In this document: positions 1 to 14,020 of the stretch, in pieces
Position numbering within the stretch: position 1 is the first letter of the stretch
Layout of the letters: the number at the start of each line of letters is the position of its first letter
Assembly (NCBI RefSeq): GCF_009914755.1
Contig: NC_060937.1
Direction: 5' to 3' (one strand)
DNA from: the human T2T-CHM13v2.0 reference genome, Homo sapiens
Length of the DNA stretch: 64,000 nucleotides
The notes under the pieces: model-generated
Told to the model about the DNA's origin: nothing
Database searches by the model: none
The model's input: only the letters and a program-made list of their open reading frames with translations
Position numbers and translations under genes: made by a program

Positions 1-67
1 ACACCAGCCTGGGAGACAGAGCGAGACTCCGTCTCAAAAAAAAACAAAAACAAAAACAAAAACAAAA
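1..67 (+). mobile_element. Alu 3' end (cut by window edge) with A/(CAAAAA)n tail
   Basis: ccagcctgggagacagagcgagactccgtctcaaaa matches the Alu right-arm terminus. Confidence 0.95.
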
Positions 68-3000
68 CTTTATCTCAAAAGCTGTATCTATGGTGTCCAC
101 GCACAAAGTTTTGTGAATAGTTATTTTATAATTGTGTGTCAGTATCAGTAAATAGGGTGTTATCATGGGAATGGTAACTCTCGTGTGTTTTACTAAAAGT
201 TACAGTTTATGTTTATTGGAAGTAGATCTTGAAAGAAATATTTTTAGAGGATAAAATCCTAACATATTGTCAGCATTGACTTATTTAGCTATATTGTATA
301 GCACAGCTAAGGGACAGTGAGAAAAAGTAGGTTGACTGGCTATCTGTGATAGCATTTGCAGGTTATATCACAAATGATCACTACTCTGCTACATCTTGGA
401 AATGCAGTTTCTTCGGTAAATATGGAATGGTTCTTTAAGGTTGAATCTATTCATTCTTTTCAGCTCTTACCACAGAAAAGTTTTTCTGCAAGGAAAGTAT
501 TTCTAGAAGATGGCCAACTTTATTCCTATTAGCAGCCAACATTAGAAAAGAAATGCAAATGTGATTGCATCTTGTTACTTGGTAACTGGAAGTACACACA
601 TTTGGGCCGGGAAAACGTATTTGACAAAAGGATCCATTTTGGCGACTCCCCTCCCCCTGACTGGCCTGCTGCATGTACTCGTGTGTCACATTCAGTCTTA
701 TTTTGAGTTGAAGGATCTGCGGAAAAGTGTGTGCGGCTGATTCCCAGTTGGGAAAAGCTCATATTGCAGAGCCCTGGGATGGTGTTTCTTACAGTGTGGC
801 CCATGGGGTTCTCAGAGAGCTGACAGAGGAAGCTGGCTTAGGCCAAGCCGCAGCTCTAATGAGCTCAGCCTTCTCTGGTGCCATAGCTGGGAATCCTGTA
901 AGATAGATAGACGTGATTGCTTACACTTTCTTCTCGTGAAAAAAAAAAAAATTAGAAAGAGAACCCTGGGCTTTTCTGGACGTGATGATTAGTAAAGCAA
1001 CAAAGTCTAATTCTCACTGCAATTTTAGTGTTTTTTGTATGGCTTAGAGAATTTGGCAACATCTCAGTAAGTGGGACTAATTGGAAGCAAGGCAATACTA
1101 AATTGGTCCACACAGAGCCTCACAGCAACCTTACCCCAGGAAGTCTCTTGCTTGAGTAGAATTTGGAAGTACTGGGTGTTTTTTTTTGTTTTGTTTTTTT
1201 TTGTTGTTGTTGTTTTTTGCTGCTTTTGCAGTATTAAAATGAGGCAAGACAAGCAGGTGGACACATCTCAGAGTTCTGGGTCAGGCATGCCACCATCGTA
1301 TAGGCAGTGAAAACCTGTCCCAGTAAAAATGTGGATTGAACAGGAACGAATCCAGAAAGGAATTGGTAGGCCTGATGTGTTTTTACAAGGTGTTTCAAAT
1401 TGATTGGTTAATCCTCATGGCATCTGGAGTGTGGAACTACAGAGAGAAGCCCCACAGAGGCTTCAACTAAACTGGGATTAGAACTCAGCCAGAGTAATTA
1501 GTCCACTAAAGCAAAGAAAGCAGAGAGGGAATTTCTTATATTGTACTTGGTTGATAGATTTCAAGTGATGCTTCATTTAGGGGAAAATAAATTTTGAGGA
1601 TTTTAAGCCCAATTAAGGTACAACTTTGAGACTGCATTTTGAACAAGATAAGCAGAGTGGCCTCTGAGTCTTCATGATGTGATTCACATAGAAACATTCC
1701 CCATTTCTTTATATTTATCTGGCTTCTAACATCGTTTAAGGATGAACTCAAATGGTGTCTCCTTTGTGAAGTCTTTTCTGCTTATAAAAGTAGTTATGAC
1801 TTGCTGCTAAGCATTTTAGTTGTCATCCTTAGAGCAACTCTGTGAATACTTTAAAGATAAAAAGAGCTGAGAGTTAGAAAAATAAATTGCTAGTGAATGT
1901 CAGAGTTAGAATTCAAACTCATGAATGCTGAGTTAATGCATGTCTTGTGAAAAACCAGTTTCCTCCTACCCTATAGGTAATTAACCTACCCTTTGCTTTC
2001 ATCTTGATCATTATTTAAATATTTTTATATTACTCTTGCAATTTGTTAATGTTGCAGTTCTTTGAGAGCAAAAACTAAAGTAATGTTTCTAATGAAAACT
2101 TCCTAGCAGTTGGCACAATGTACAAAAGATGACTTCACTATTTTTTTTAAGAAGAAGAAAGGGGGCTTATATGCTGGGACCAACACTTACTCTTACCACA
2201 GTTGACATGGCCCATGTGTGGTAGGAAATGTAGAAACTGTTTTTATGCTTGGTCCTGTTCTGAACATTCCCAATATGCTTTTTATAAGATCTTCACTCCA
2301 CATCTGAGAAGAATTCTTCAGAAGCTGCAACACTTTGTATGGAGAGACTAGCACAGAACAAAGTTTATTAAATAAATAAAAGATTGAATGAAAAGATAAT
2401 CCTTACGTAGAGAGACTACACTTTCTTACAATAGAGAAAAATGTTTTCTGTCTTTGGCCAGTCAGGTTGCATCTATGAGAGTGCAGTTTCTACTGCTTGT
2501 AGAGTAATTTCTTGATAAATATGCTTTCATAGCAATACTAATCTCCACTGCTTGAAGAGAAAATACAATTTGGGAGAACTGGTGGAATGGCAGCGCTCTG
2601 CTAAGATTTCTATTATTCTCAATAATGTGTTGATGATCATCTTCCTTATCTTTAAACAGTTACTATATTTACCTCCAAGTGAATTTCCTTTCTCCATAGA
2701 GATGCTATTTTTGTAATGATCCTCTTTTCCTGTACAAATGTCAAAATCTGCTTAGTAAGGAAACAGCAATGAAGTGCTTCACTTGAAAACTACAGATGAT
2801 CTTGAAGAACACAGTTCATCATACAACCAAAGTCAACATAAAGTTGAATCTCCCAGAGCGGAGGTAAAAGCTGTTATGAATCATTTGCCATTCAGTGTGT
2901 GGGGTAGAGAGGGAGAGATAAGCAGAGAAGAATGGCTACATTTTGATGCTTGGTGTATGAAGTAGAGAGGAAAGGACTCAACATCTGGCAGTACAACATA

Positions 3001-3351
3001 GTTTTGCAGCACAGAGAGATCAATTTATTTCACTAACATCTAGGATACATTTGGAAAATGCAGTAAAGAGAGAAATATGCTCAGATATTCCACGACTCCG
3101 TTATCCTTCACATATCCTATATCATGCATGGACAAAGAAATGATGGAGATGGTTTACCACTTAGATCCCTAAAATTCATAAATTCATAGAATATCAGAGT
3201 TGGAAAAGATTTTAGAAATTCTTTAGGTCAGGTTGTTCTTGAGGGGGATTATCAAATCTTGCCTCCTGCATAAGAATCCCCTAAAATCATCGTTGGGTTG
3301 TGACTTAATTCTGATACAAGGTGAACTAAATAGCACTGGTCCTGACTAACG

Positions 3352-3800
3352 GACTCATTCATTTATTCACTCATCCACTCATTCATTCAACAAAGAAGTG
3401 TTGAATGACCCCTGTGTGTCAGTTTCGGTACCATTGGTTTCCAGGAAGGTAACGAAGAAGAAGTCAAGGGCTGCATCCTTGGAGAATGCAGGGGCTAGGA
3501 CTGGAATCTCACACATAAACATTTAATTCTGCTACACATAATGCTTGCTAAAAAGTGAGTGTTTATAAAATGCTATAGAAATGCAGAGGAGGAGATCATG
3601 TTTTCTGCTTGGCACAGTTGGGGAAAATCTTTCAGAAGTGGCATTGAAATTAGGACTTTGAAGATGAATGGATGCTCATCATTTGGAGAGAAAAGAGAAA
3701 AAAAGAATGATATTCTAGACAAGAGGAAGAGGCAAAACACATGATGAGTTAACAAAACAGTAAATAACTTGGTACTGCTTGAAGGCGGGTGGGAAGGTAG
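3352..3800 (-). mobile_element. L2 3'-end fragment
   Basis: (TCAT)n-caacaaa start followed by GA-rich L2-like antisense sequence; boundaries approximate. Confidence 0.6.
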
Positions 3801-4905
3801 AGGTGATATTTGCTCTTTAGCTTAAGGCCTTGTCCATCATACCTGTTGCAGTTATTTTAGTGCGTATGAACACTACGTATCCCATTTCTTCTTTTCAGTC
3901 TTGAGCAGGAAGCAGTACTCATTTCCAGAATCATGAGGTATGTTATGTAAACATCCATGGCAGCCTTCACAAGAAACCTTATCTTCTTTGATTTAGGTAA
4001 ACAGGAACCAAATCCTGACACATTATCAAAAACAAAAACAGCTGGCAATAATAACACTCTACAAACCCACAGCATTTTTGGCATTTAAAAAAGCTTAAAA
4101 AATAAAAAGGGCTTTCCTAAATAGACACTCTTGACACTGAAGTATGTTACATTACCTATCTTTTCTTTATAACCCAATTAGAAATCATATCTATAGTTCA
4201 TGTTTGCACTTCAATTTTCACAAATCCTATGATGAGAGTCCTGTTATTCCATTTGACATTGAACTTTAGAGTTTAAGTTGATGGTAAAATCACAAAATAA
4301 GGGAAAAAAAATTACTTAGCCAAATGCAGACAGCCTGGTTTAAAGCTGAAGGAATTTTAACTGTTCAACCTTAAGAGAGTTTTGTAAAACATGATGGCTT
4401 TAAGGACAAGTAGCAAATTTAAAAGCAGAATAAAACCCCATAAAATTTCTTTAAGACATACTAGTACACTTGGGAGCCATTTGCATCTTATTTTTGTGTT
4501 TGCATTTTCTCTTTGAAAATATACTTGGCAAAATGCCTGCAGAATATTACCTAAGAAGAATAATTAAAGCCATTTCTGTCAGCCTTTCCTTAATGTAACT
4601 AAGCCATCCATTTCCATTGGACTCAATTCTCTTGCTCTAGGACTTTTGCAAAGGTCAAGGCTCTGCTCAATAGCACTTTTTATTTAAATAAAGCCACAAG
4701 TTTATTTCTATGTTGTTTCTCCCAACTCTCAAAAGCCTCAATGATTCTCAACTTCTTATAGCTCTGAATCTTCTGATTTATCAGCCAGAATTAAAACTTC
4801 ACATTTGTAAGATGATTACATGTCTTCAACAACAATTGCAAGTGCCGATTTGTTTTCCTTTTTTTAAATGCCATTTTAGAGAAGCACCATAAAAGCGGCC
4901 AAAGA

Positions 4906-5267
<362 letters not shown>

Positions 5268-8116
5268 CTACCTACACAAGGCCAAGCCAGTGACTAAAAT
5301 ATGTCACAGAAAGGCACAGTTGTCACGCATGAAAAATCTATAAAATTACCTCAGTCTTCAGTTTGCTTTCTTCAAATAGAGTCTTCAAATCAGAAAATGT
5401 GATGTTTTACCTTACACTGGTTGTATTGCTTATTCTTTAGTCCCTCTTTTTAATTTTCTTGTGAAAACAAGTCTACATACCTTCGCATCCATTCCTAAGG
5501 TATGACCACCATCCACTTCCTAAACACATGGAATGCAGTGTACTTGTGGCTTTCTTTAGTGTTGTGTTTAATAAATGCTTATTAACTCACTAAAGAAGGA
5601 AAAAGGAGCCCCTGATCTTTGCATGAATTTCCAATCTCTCCAGTGTTTTAATAAAAATAGAGCATTTTTCTCAGTCCATTTGTTTACATTCTATGGTCCC
5701 TAAGGGCTGATGCCTTCTTGTTTAACTTCAACAACTAACAAATACTAGGCACAGCCAGAATATAAATTTTTTACTGTTATTAGTGAACAATACTCACTGT
5801 GCTTAATCGAAGCTTAGAGTTGTTCTTAGGTAGCTCTAAGTGAACTTTAAGCAAGTATTTATAACCACTTACAATAAACTAGGAAACATTCTTTGAGTAA
5901 AAGCCTTTCTTCCCCACAAATATATCTTCATTTGCTCTTTGGGTTTTTACAGAAATATGACCATTTCAGTTCTGGTAATGGTACTTTTCAATCAGGACAT
6001 ACCTTATTTGAAAACAGGTATTTTTTAAAAGGAGGATTTGCCAAACTAGAGTAATCAGTGCCTCCCCTTGGAAATCTCATTTTGGAAAGGTTTGATATTT
6101 AAAAAATATTTATGGTGTCACAATTTTAAAAAGTTGATGCCAAAGTATGCATTTAAACAAAAGAGGTTAGAAATTATTAAAAGTGAGACAGTCTGACAAG
6201 TAGACATGAACAGTCACATATTGGAAAGACTATTCCAAAACAGGTCACCAATGAACTGCTACTGATGCCTCTTTGAAACTCTGTTAATATCCTTGAGAAA
6301 AAGTGGAACTCTCACCTGGCAAAGTTGGGGCATGTGGCAGGATGGTTTCCTGGGCACTCCTCTGCTCTTACCATTTTGTCACCATGATGCTTTCTAAACT
6401 GTTTGTTATTCATCATAACTCCTTTTATTTTGTCTTTACACTTGTTTGATTTTATTTTTGCCATTTACCTTTTGATATTATTCTTTTCCTAATGTATTAT
6501 CTTTCATTCATTTAAAATAATTTTCATTTTCTTAGATTGACTTTGTAAGACCTTCATATTGAAGATAAACACGAGGAAACTTTGAATTATCATAGATGAG
6601 TTTCTCACATTATTCTCACATGCACCTTTTCTCTATCTTTTCCTACCATTATTATTTCTCTCTACTTATTTTCTCTAGGATCCATTTTTTAAAAGTTGAT
6701 CCATGTGTAAGCAACTCCATGACTCTGCTAGTGCAAGCGTTGCCTAGAATTCTTATTTCATTTCTCTGATGTCACCTAGCAATGTGTCTGATGCTAGAAT
6801 CACATTAATGAAGACTGAAGAGTTGAGAAAGAAAATTGTTCATCAAATTAGCTTGACTTTCCTGGAACACGACAAGCAACTCAAATGCACCAGATAGAAA
6901 CTCACAAGTAGAAAACTTTCAGGTACCATACGCCTTTCTTACAGAGAAGTTAAAACCTGAAGAGCTGTTTACCTGGGAGCATTTTTACTAACATTATCCC
7001 AAGCACTGGTCCTGGGCCTTGGTCGACAGGCCTCTGAAACCTTTCACCTGATTTCACGTCACCATGAACATAGACATGGAAGACCGGTTTGGTGAATATT
7101 GGTGTCCTGGTGTTTTGGGGTGGAATGGAAATTTTAACCCCTGAAAATCACACGACTACTTCTTTGTATCTGTTAAAGTATATAACTGATTATAAAGTAT
7201 GGCTACAGTTGGAAGCAAAAGTGACATTTGAGGGGGAGAAACTCACATAACCTGAAAGAAAGGAAGTAAAGTTAGATAGTATATAAGGGACTATGTCTCA
7301 CTTCCCTGGTGAATTCACTGATATGATAACCTACCTGTAAGTAGCTATGGCCAACTAATATTAGAAAAGTGGAGGGCTGCCCAGTGCTGCTGAAACTAAG
7401 CTCCCAGGCTAGGGTTGGTGTAAATTGGTTTCTTTGTTTGTTTAATTTTGTTTAGAAAAGTTGTACTAAAATTGGACTAATGAAAGCATTGCTACTTATT
7501 AATTGCTCCCAACCTGAATATACTTTAGTTTTAATTCCTTATTCTAATGTTTAACAGAAAAATGGACAATAAGAATTTCCCTTTGCAGTTTTCAAACTTT
7601 CACAACCAAGAAAAATATATGTACAACATAAAATAATTATACAAAAAAGACTACTTGAGTAAGTTATCAATGTGACCAAGTTCATATTATTGTAACTGGG
7701 TTCACATTATGACCAGTTCATTTTTCAAAATAGCCCCCATATACATCCAATACAGAAATGAAATTAGAGGGATAATCATCTGTTTTGTGACACAATAAAA
7801 TATGGTTTAATGGAAGTAGTTTACTTAAATAAAATGTTTCCATTACAGTTCCATGTAAACATTCAAGCCATACCTGTGTCTAAATTATTCATTGATAGAG
7901 CATCATTCATGCTCCCCTAGATTAATGGGAGCACATTCTCAATGGTCCAACTCAGTGACCAAAACATAATTTTAACAAGGTAGGAGAATGTAGGAATTAG
8001 ACAGTTTGCAGCTGTCAAAACATTCCTGGCCTTATTGAAGGGACCTTGAACTTTTATAGGCATACCTTTAATTTCCAGAAAGATTGAAAAAAATCCCTTG
8101 TAGTTTTGTGTATTTG

Positions 8117-8310
8117 AATTTTTTTTTACCTTTTATTTTTAGTTCTAGGGTACATGAGCAGGACGTACAGGTTTGTTCCATAGGTAAACGTGTGCCATGG
8201 TGGTTGGCTGCACCTATCAACCCTTTACCTAGGTGTGAAACCCAGCACGCATTAAATTGCCAAAAGCAATAGCAACAAAAGCAAAAATTGAAAAATCGGA
8301 TCTAACTGAA
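8117..8310. mobile_element. Short 5'-inverted (twin-primed) L1PA insertion (older L1PA, approx. PA8-13)
   Basis: 8117-8254 is an L1 3'UTR end on the minus strand; 8260-8310 is ORF2-like (PKAIATKAKI..) on the plus strand; ttgaatttt TSD at 8114-8122 and 8313-8321. Confidence 0.8.
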
Positions 8311-9689
8311 TGTTGAATTTTAAAATAGTCTCTCCCAAGCACAGCAAATGTTTTTTAAGTATTTTTGTCATGTAAGGAAAAGAAATTTTTCTTTAATCAG
8401 CATATCCCATAAAGTCAGCAAAAGGTCACTGCCTAAGGACATCAGATTATTTAAGGCCAAGGTATAAAAAAATTAAAAATAAACTGGTGAGGAGAAAAAT
8501 AAAAAAGGTAATTAATATGGTAAATAAAATATTTCCCTGGTAAAGGTAGCTAGTGAACAGGAGGTCACCAAATCTCATACTTCCCCCAAGTGTGATTAAT
8601 GTAACTCTCAAAGAATATGTATTAAGCATCTCCTAAGAGGACACTTTTCTAAGTATGAGCGACTGAAGGTGTGTGCGTGTGCCTCTTGGCGCTGGCTGTC
8701 CATCTGGTTGTCTCTGTTTGGAAGATGTCGATGTTCCTTTCTTAGTGCCCTCCTCATCCACCAGTAGAGGCTGCCCTGGGCTTCATGGATGTCTGGAAAC
8801 TTGGTTTCCCTCCTTGTTTACCTAAGTCTGGGTGTACAGGGTAGAACTAAGTAATTTACTCTGATGAGATTGCACTGTTCTAGTGTAAAGTGGAACGGTG
8901 ATGAAAAGGATAGGCTTTTTTGTTCCAAGTTCTATCCCTTACAGTATAAAGAGTAAGAGTTGAAAAGTGAAAGGTAAGTTATTGTAAGGTTTTGCTTTTT
9001 TTTCTCCTCATGAAGAATATTTAAGCCCTTTGGTCTTGGTAGTTCCAAAATGTCTACAGCCCTGGAGTTTACTAGGAAGTCACTCATTCATGCCTCTTTG
9101 AAATCTTTTCAAAAACCTAAAAGAATTTGCAGCTTTTAATTGAGGGTAACCAGGGTTACAGTTAAAAAAAAAAAAAGTGACAACTAAAAACAAATAATTT
9201 ACTAATTATTTACTTTTTACTTATACTTATCAATTTACTAAAAATGTTTGAGCCATATTAAATGTTAAAGCATGCCTAAAGTGAAGTAATTAAAATACAA
9301 AGAGAACACAGTTACGTTAAAATAATGAAGAAAGAATGAGTTGTATCTTAATAATGTCCAGGCACAAATTTAGCTTTAAGCCTCTGGAAATATGTTTTTA
9401 AAAAAAGGATTAGATTGGATTAGATTAGATTTGGTCCTTGGTGTCAGATGAAAAGAAAAAAGGACAAAGCAAAGTAATGAAACCTATTTTTAATTGACTT
9501 AATTCTACAAAGTATGCTTCATATGTGGATCCTAACAAAAATATATTCTGCTGGGTCATTTCAACCATGGTTTTGCAGAATTTCCTGCTTAAATCAAATG
9601 CTATTATTATTCATCATCAGAACATCATGTTTCTCTCCAAGTAGTTATTATAATAGTAATGTGTGTGTGATTATTATCTGTGTTTTGAA

Positions 9690-9815
9690 CTAAGGGAATG
9701 TAAGTTTTATGAGAGTAGAGACCAAATCTACTTTTGCTCAACTTTATATTTCAGGTGCAGGGCTGGCATAGGGAAGCACTTGCTAAAAATCTGTTACATG
9801 AATGAATTATTCTAA
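9690..9815 (+). mobile_element. L2 3' terminus
   Basis: gaatgtaagttttatgagagtagagacc...ggctggcatag...atgaatgaat is typical of the L2 end. Confidence 0.65.
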
Positions 9816-10224
9816 CGAATGCCTTTCATACCATCCCCTCAAATCCCAGGACATTATGTTAAATTTCAACCTGTGTGATAAATTTTATGAAAAAAAGTGA
9901 AAATAATGTAATCTAATTGCTTGGTTTTTGCATATGATTATTGAGTAATACAGCTTGGAAAATCTAGAGGAATGTGTGAATCAAATGCCCCTTAGATTGT
10001 CCCTTCTAGTATTGGATGGTAAGTTCTGGCAAGAGCTGAACTTACAGGAATTTGCAGTTAAATTTTCTAGAAACAAAATGCATCCACTACTTACTCTAAT
10101 GTTAAAGAAAACTGTACACCAACATTAAGTGGAACAGTATACATTCTTCTGTAAAAATTCAGAGGTTTGTGTTGTGTTATGGCCTAGGTGGAGAGCTTCA
10201 TCCTTTTCCCTCGAAGACAGTGAT

Positions 10225-10440
10225 GTCAAGAGATGAGAAGGGGACTTGGGGGCCAGCCAAGCTTGAGTTGAAGTCCCAGTCCTGCCTCTTGATATCACTG
10301 TGACACTGGGCAAGTATTCTTTGCTTAAGCTGCAAGTTGATGCATTGTGAAGTGTGGCAATGACACCTGCTACTTCTCAGAATTATGGAGGCAAATTCAC
10401 AATGAATGAAAAATGTCCAACACGTAGTAGTGTAATACAT
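10225..10440. mobile_element. MIR fragment
   Basis: cttgagttgaagtcccag...tgtgacactgggcaagta core-SINE-like motif. Confidence 0.55.
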
Positions 10441-12347
10441 AGATATACATTTTTAATGGATGCCTTCCTCAGGCTGTCTGCTCAATGGAGGTGAATAATG
10501 CCATTCAGCTTCACCAAAAGTACACCTAATTCCCTAGAGGGAATTCTGTAACTGGAGGTGACTTTTGAGGTCAATAACATGTTAGTGATAGTTTTCCAGA
10601 AGTTTCCATAATATGCCTAGATCTCAATCACTAGTCACTGAATTAAGAGTAAGTGAATAAGTCAATAAATTTGGATCTGAAAGCCCTTGATTTTGGTTAA
10701 GTTGTAGCCGAAATAAAACCCTAAGGCCAATTGACATTGGAGTTTATTTGAGCTTTTACATTTCCCCTTCTATGGGCTTACCTTTTAAAATCTGAGTTTT
10801 TGAATACCCTTGAAAATTAGAAAATTTCTGATTATAATTAGTTTTTTTCAAGCCAAAATGTATTCCATCTCTTTCTTTACATTGTACACCACATCTAAAA
10901 ACAGCCTCTCTATGTGCTTGAGTTTAGGTAACATGACATAAGGCTTTTGCCCAGAAATTAGGTATTAAATGGAAAGATAAATATTGATTATTATTACAGC
11001 ATATTTTCTGGTAAATTTTTGTATTACTGGATGCTAACAGACATTCAATGAACTTAGTAAATAACATCATTTAGAAACAATCTTTATTTTATTTTAGCCT
11101 AGGTGTCTCTAACTTGCATAATTGCTTTATTTATGAAAACTGGAATAGTCACAATTTCCTCTGTAAGAAATCTATGTTTCACTGAAAGATAAACAATTCT
11201 CTTTTTGTTTGGGAGACAGATTTAGATTTTAATAACCTACACTCTCCCATCTGCTCCAACTATAAATTGTACATACAATTTATCATTATGACAGGATGAT
11301 GTCAGGTCAGCATCATTGGGCAGGAACGGCATATCTAGAGTCCACTCTCTTCTGAAAAAGTCATCCGGTCCTTTGTCACTAAGAGCAGGCCATTTTAGTA
11401 GTTTGGAGAGCTACCATGTGATACAGAAAGAAGGGGCATGTACTCCCAATAGATCTCAGAAGCAGTGTGACTATTTTAGAAAGAGATACAGCTAAACATA
11501 TAAAATAATGCAATTACACTGCTATATCAATTCCTAAATCTTCAAGCAATTAACCAAATTATCTAAAAGGATCACAAACAAATGATATATCCAAGCTTAG
11601 GATAGACAATATTTTGTATAAAAGGTATTTGAAAGCAAAATGGGCATCTGTCTCACTATTTTGAAATGTTTGAAAAGAAACATGGATTGATGAAAATAAG
11701 AAGTTTGGGTTCTAGACACTCACTCTACAACCCCCCCTCCCCGCCACACACACGCAAATGATAGACCACAAGTAGGCCTCTCTTAAAGTCTGTGACTTTG
11801 TACCTTTAAGAAGAATAGGCAGGAGTCCACGCTGAGAAACATCAAGTGTTTTGAGATTCGCCTGGGGATCCTGCAGTGCTTCACAGCTGTGATTGTTACC
11901 ATTTGCTTATTAATTCTGATAAAATATGAGATGCATTAAGTTACTAATTTTTTTTTAAATATCTGTTGTTTAAGTCTTCTAGAAGATAGTGAATTCCACT
12001 GCAGAAACAGAAAATTTGAGTGGCAAGAGAAAATAACAGGGATGTCCTGTGTACTTATTGTACCTCCACTGTGTTACAGGTTACTGGGGACTGTGACCTT
12101 GGGTGGTCCTAGACCTAGAGCTGAATCCACCAATAAAAAAACGTCTCACAGGGGAAGGTGGTCTCCACACTCAGCAACTTAGTGCCAGCTTAATTAAGGT
12201 CACTGAGGATCTGCAAACAAAACCAGAAGGAATCCATGGGTAAAAAGAGGATGATCAGCATAGAAGGAGAGGGCTAGGGGAGCAAAGATCATTTATGCCC
12301 CTCCTGCCCTAGGTTAAAGCATAACCTCAGCCTTGGAGGAACAAGAT

Positions 12348-13037
12348 TGTTATCACCCAATGGGTTCATCTTGCCCGCTGTCCAGAAAAGCCAGTTTATT
12401 GACACAGCATTATTGCAATAGAAAAACATTTAATAAACACAGAGCCTTTTAAATGGAAGACCAAAGTTTTATTATTAGTCAAGTAAGTCTCCCTGAAAAT
12501 TCAGAGGCTAGAGTTTTTTAAGGATAGTTTGGTGGGCAGGGAGGTAGGGAATGGGGAGTGCTGATTGGCTGGGGTAAAGTTAAAAGCATAAGGAATCAAA
12601 GCTGTCTTTTTGCACTGTCAGTCCCTGGGTGGGAGCCACAAGACCCGATGAGCCAGTTTACCCATCTGGGTGGCATCAGCTGGTCTATCAGAAGGCAGAG
12701 TCTAAAAAATACCTTGAACACCAATCCTAGGTTTTACAATAGTAATTTTATCCACAGGAGCAATTGGGGAGGTTAGCAATATTATGGCCTCTGGCTGCAT
12801 GACTTCTGAGCCATAATTTCTAATCTTATGATTAATTTGTTCTACAAAAGTCGAATTCCCAAGCAAGGAGGGTGTTTGTTTTGGGAAGGGGCTGTTATCA
12901 TCTTTGTTTCAAAGTTAAACTATAACTTTCACGGCTTAAGCCCATGAAAGAACAAAGGCTACTTAGAGGTTTGAAGCAAGATGGAGTTGGTCAGGTCAGA
13001 TATGTTTCACCATCAAGATTTTTGAAAGGCAGTTTCA
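12348..13037 (-). mobile_element. ERV1 solo LTR, LTR8/MER50-like (~690 bp)
   Basis: Minus strand begins tgaaactgcctttcaaaa and ends ...gcgggcaagatgaacccattgggtgataaca; TG...CA termini. Confidence 0.8.
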
Positions 13038-13664
13038 TGACCCTCCAGTCTCCAGAGAGTTGGGATATTCACCGGGCCCTTCCAAAGCTTAGATCAAACA
13101 CCAACTTCCAAACATTTCTCTTATTCCTGTTTAGATTAAATGTATTAAATAAGCTATGGAGAAATAGTTTGACTTCTTAAGTGCCACTGAAAGGGGGATG
13201 GCCATGTCTTAGATAAGGGGATAGGATCTTGTGGGTGCTAGGAAAACATAGCTCCCTTATAGATGATAACTGTTTCTAGGGTTTGTGGAACAATTCACTG
13301 TCAATCTTCCAAGTGTGAACCTGCTATTATAAGTCTAATCACCCTGGGCATCCTATATATTTTTATTGTTTAATCAATTTCTGAAATGAAAAGACTGAGG
13401 ATGAGATAGTGGCACCTGGTCACTCAACCTTCTGGTTGCCCCTGAGAGACTCTACCTGCACCCAGGCGCCTTCAGACACAATAACAGGACCAAACTCACA
13501 CATTTGACCACACTCACTATCGTCAAATGTGTGTACAGCTTGCAGAGTGAGTCTCCCTGATTTGTAATAGAGCCTTATGGTCTCTTCTGGCCAATGATGC
13601 CTTTTCTTAATCTCTTTCCAATGCGAGCTAGAGCTGTAGAATAAAAGGCGATGCAGTACGGCAG

Positions 13665-14020
13665 CCAGCACCTTAGACATTCCAGCTGGCTTGGGTTTGA
13701 ATCAAAGCTCTGCTACATCAGAGCCTGCCTTGGCCCCTCTGTGCCACAATTTCCTCATCCGATTGTGCCTGCCTCGTGAGTTTTTGGGAGGATTAACTGA
13801 GGGAGTACAACAAAAGTGGTTGAAACAGCGCCAGGTGTACCATAGGAGAGTTGGCCTTGGGGTCTAGCATGGGTCTTATACACCCTAGAAAAGATTCACA
13901 GAGGAGGAAATTAAGACCCAGAGAAGCAGCATGAGTTGTTTCAGTCATGCTGGCCTCGTTGAGATGGAAACCCAGGGCTCCCAGTTACTGTCCTAGGTTC
14001 TCTCTACTCTCACTACTTGT
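13665..14020. mobile_element. MIR fragments (two, opposite orientations)
   Basis: gggtttgaatc...ctctgtgccacaatttcctcatc and acagaggaggaaattaagacccagaga core motifs. Confidence 0.55.

Noticed and set aside
447-1310. Short ORFs and promoter-like motifs near the window start
   Set aside because: No recognisable protein similarity and no CpG island; E2F/YY1-like words are imperfect and expected by chance.
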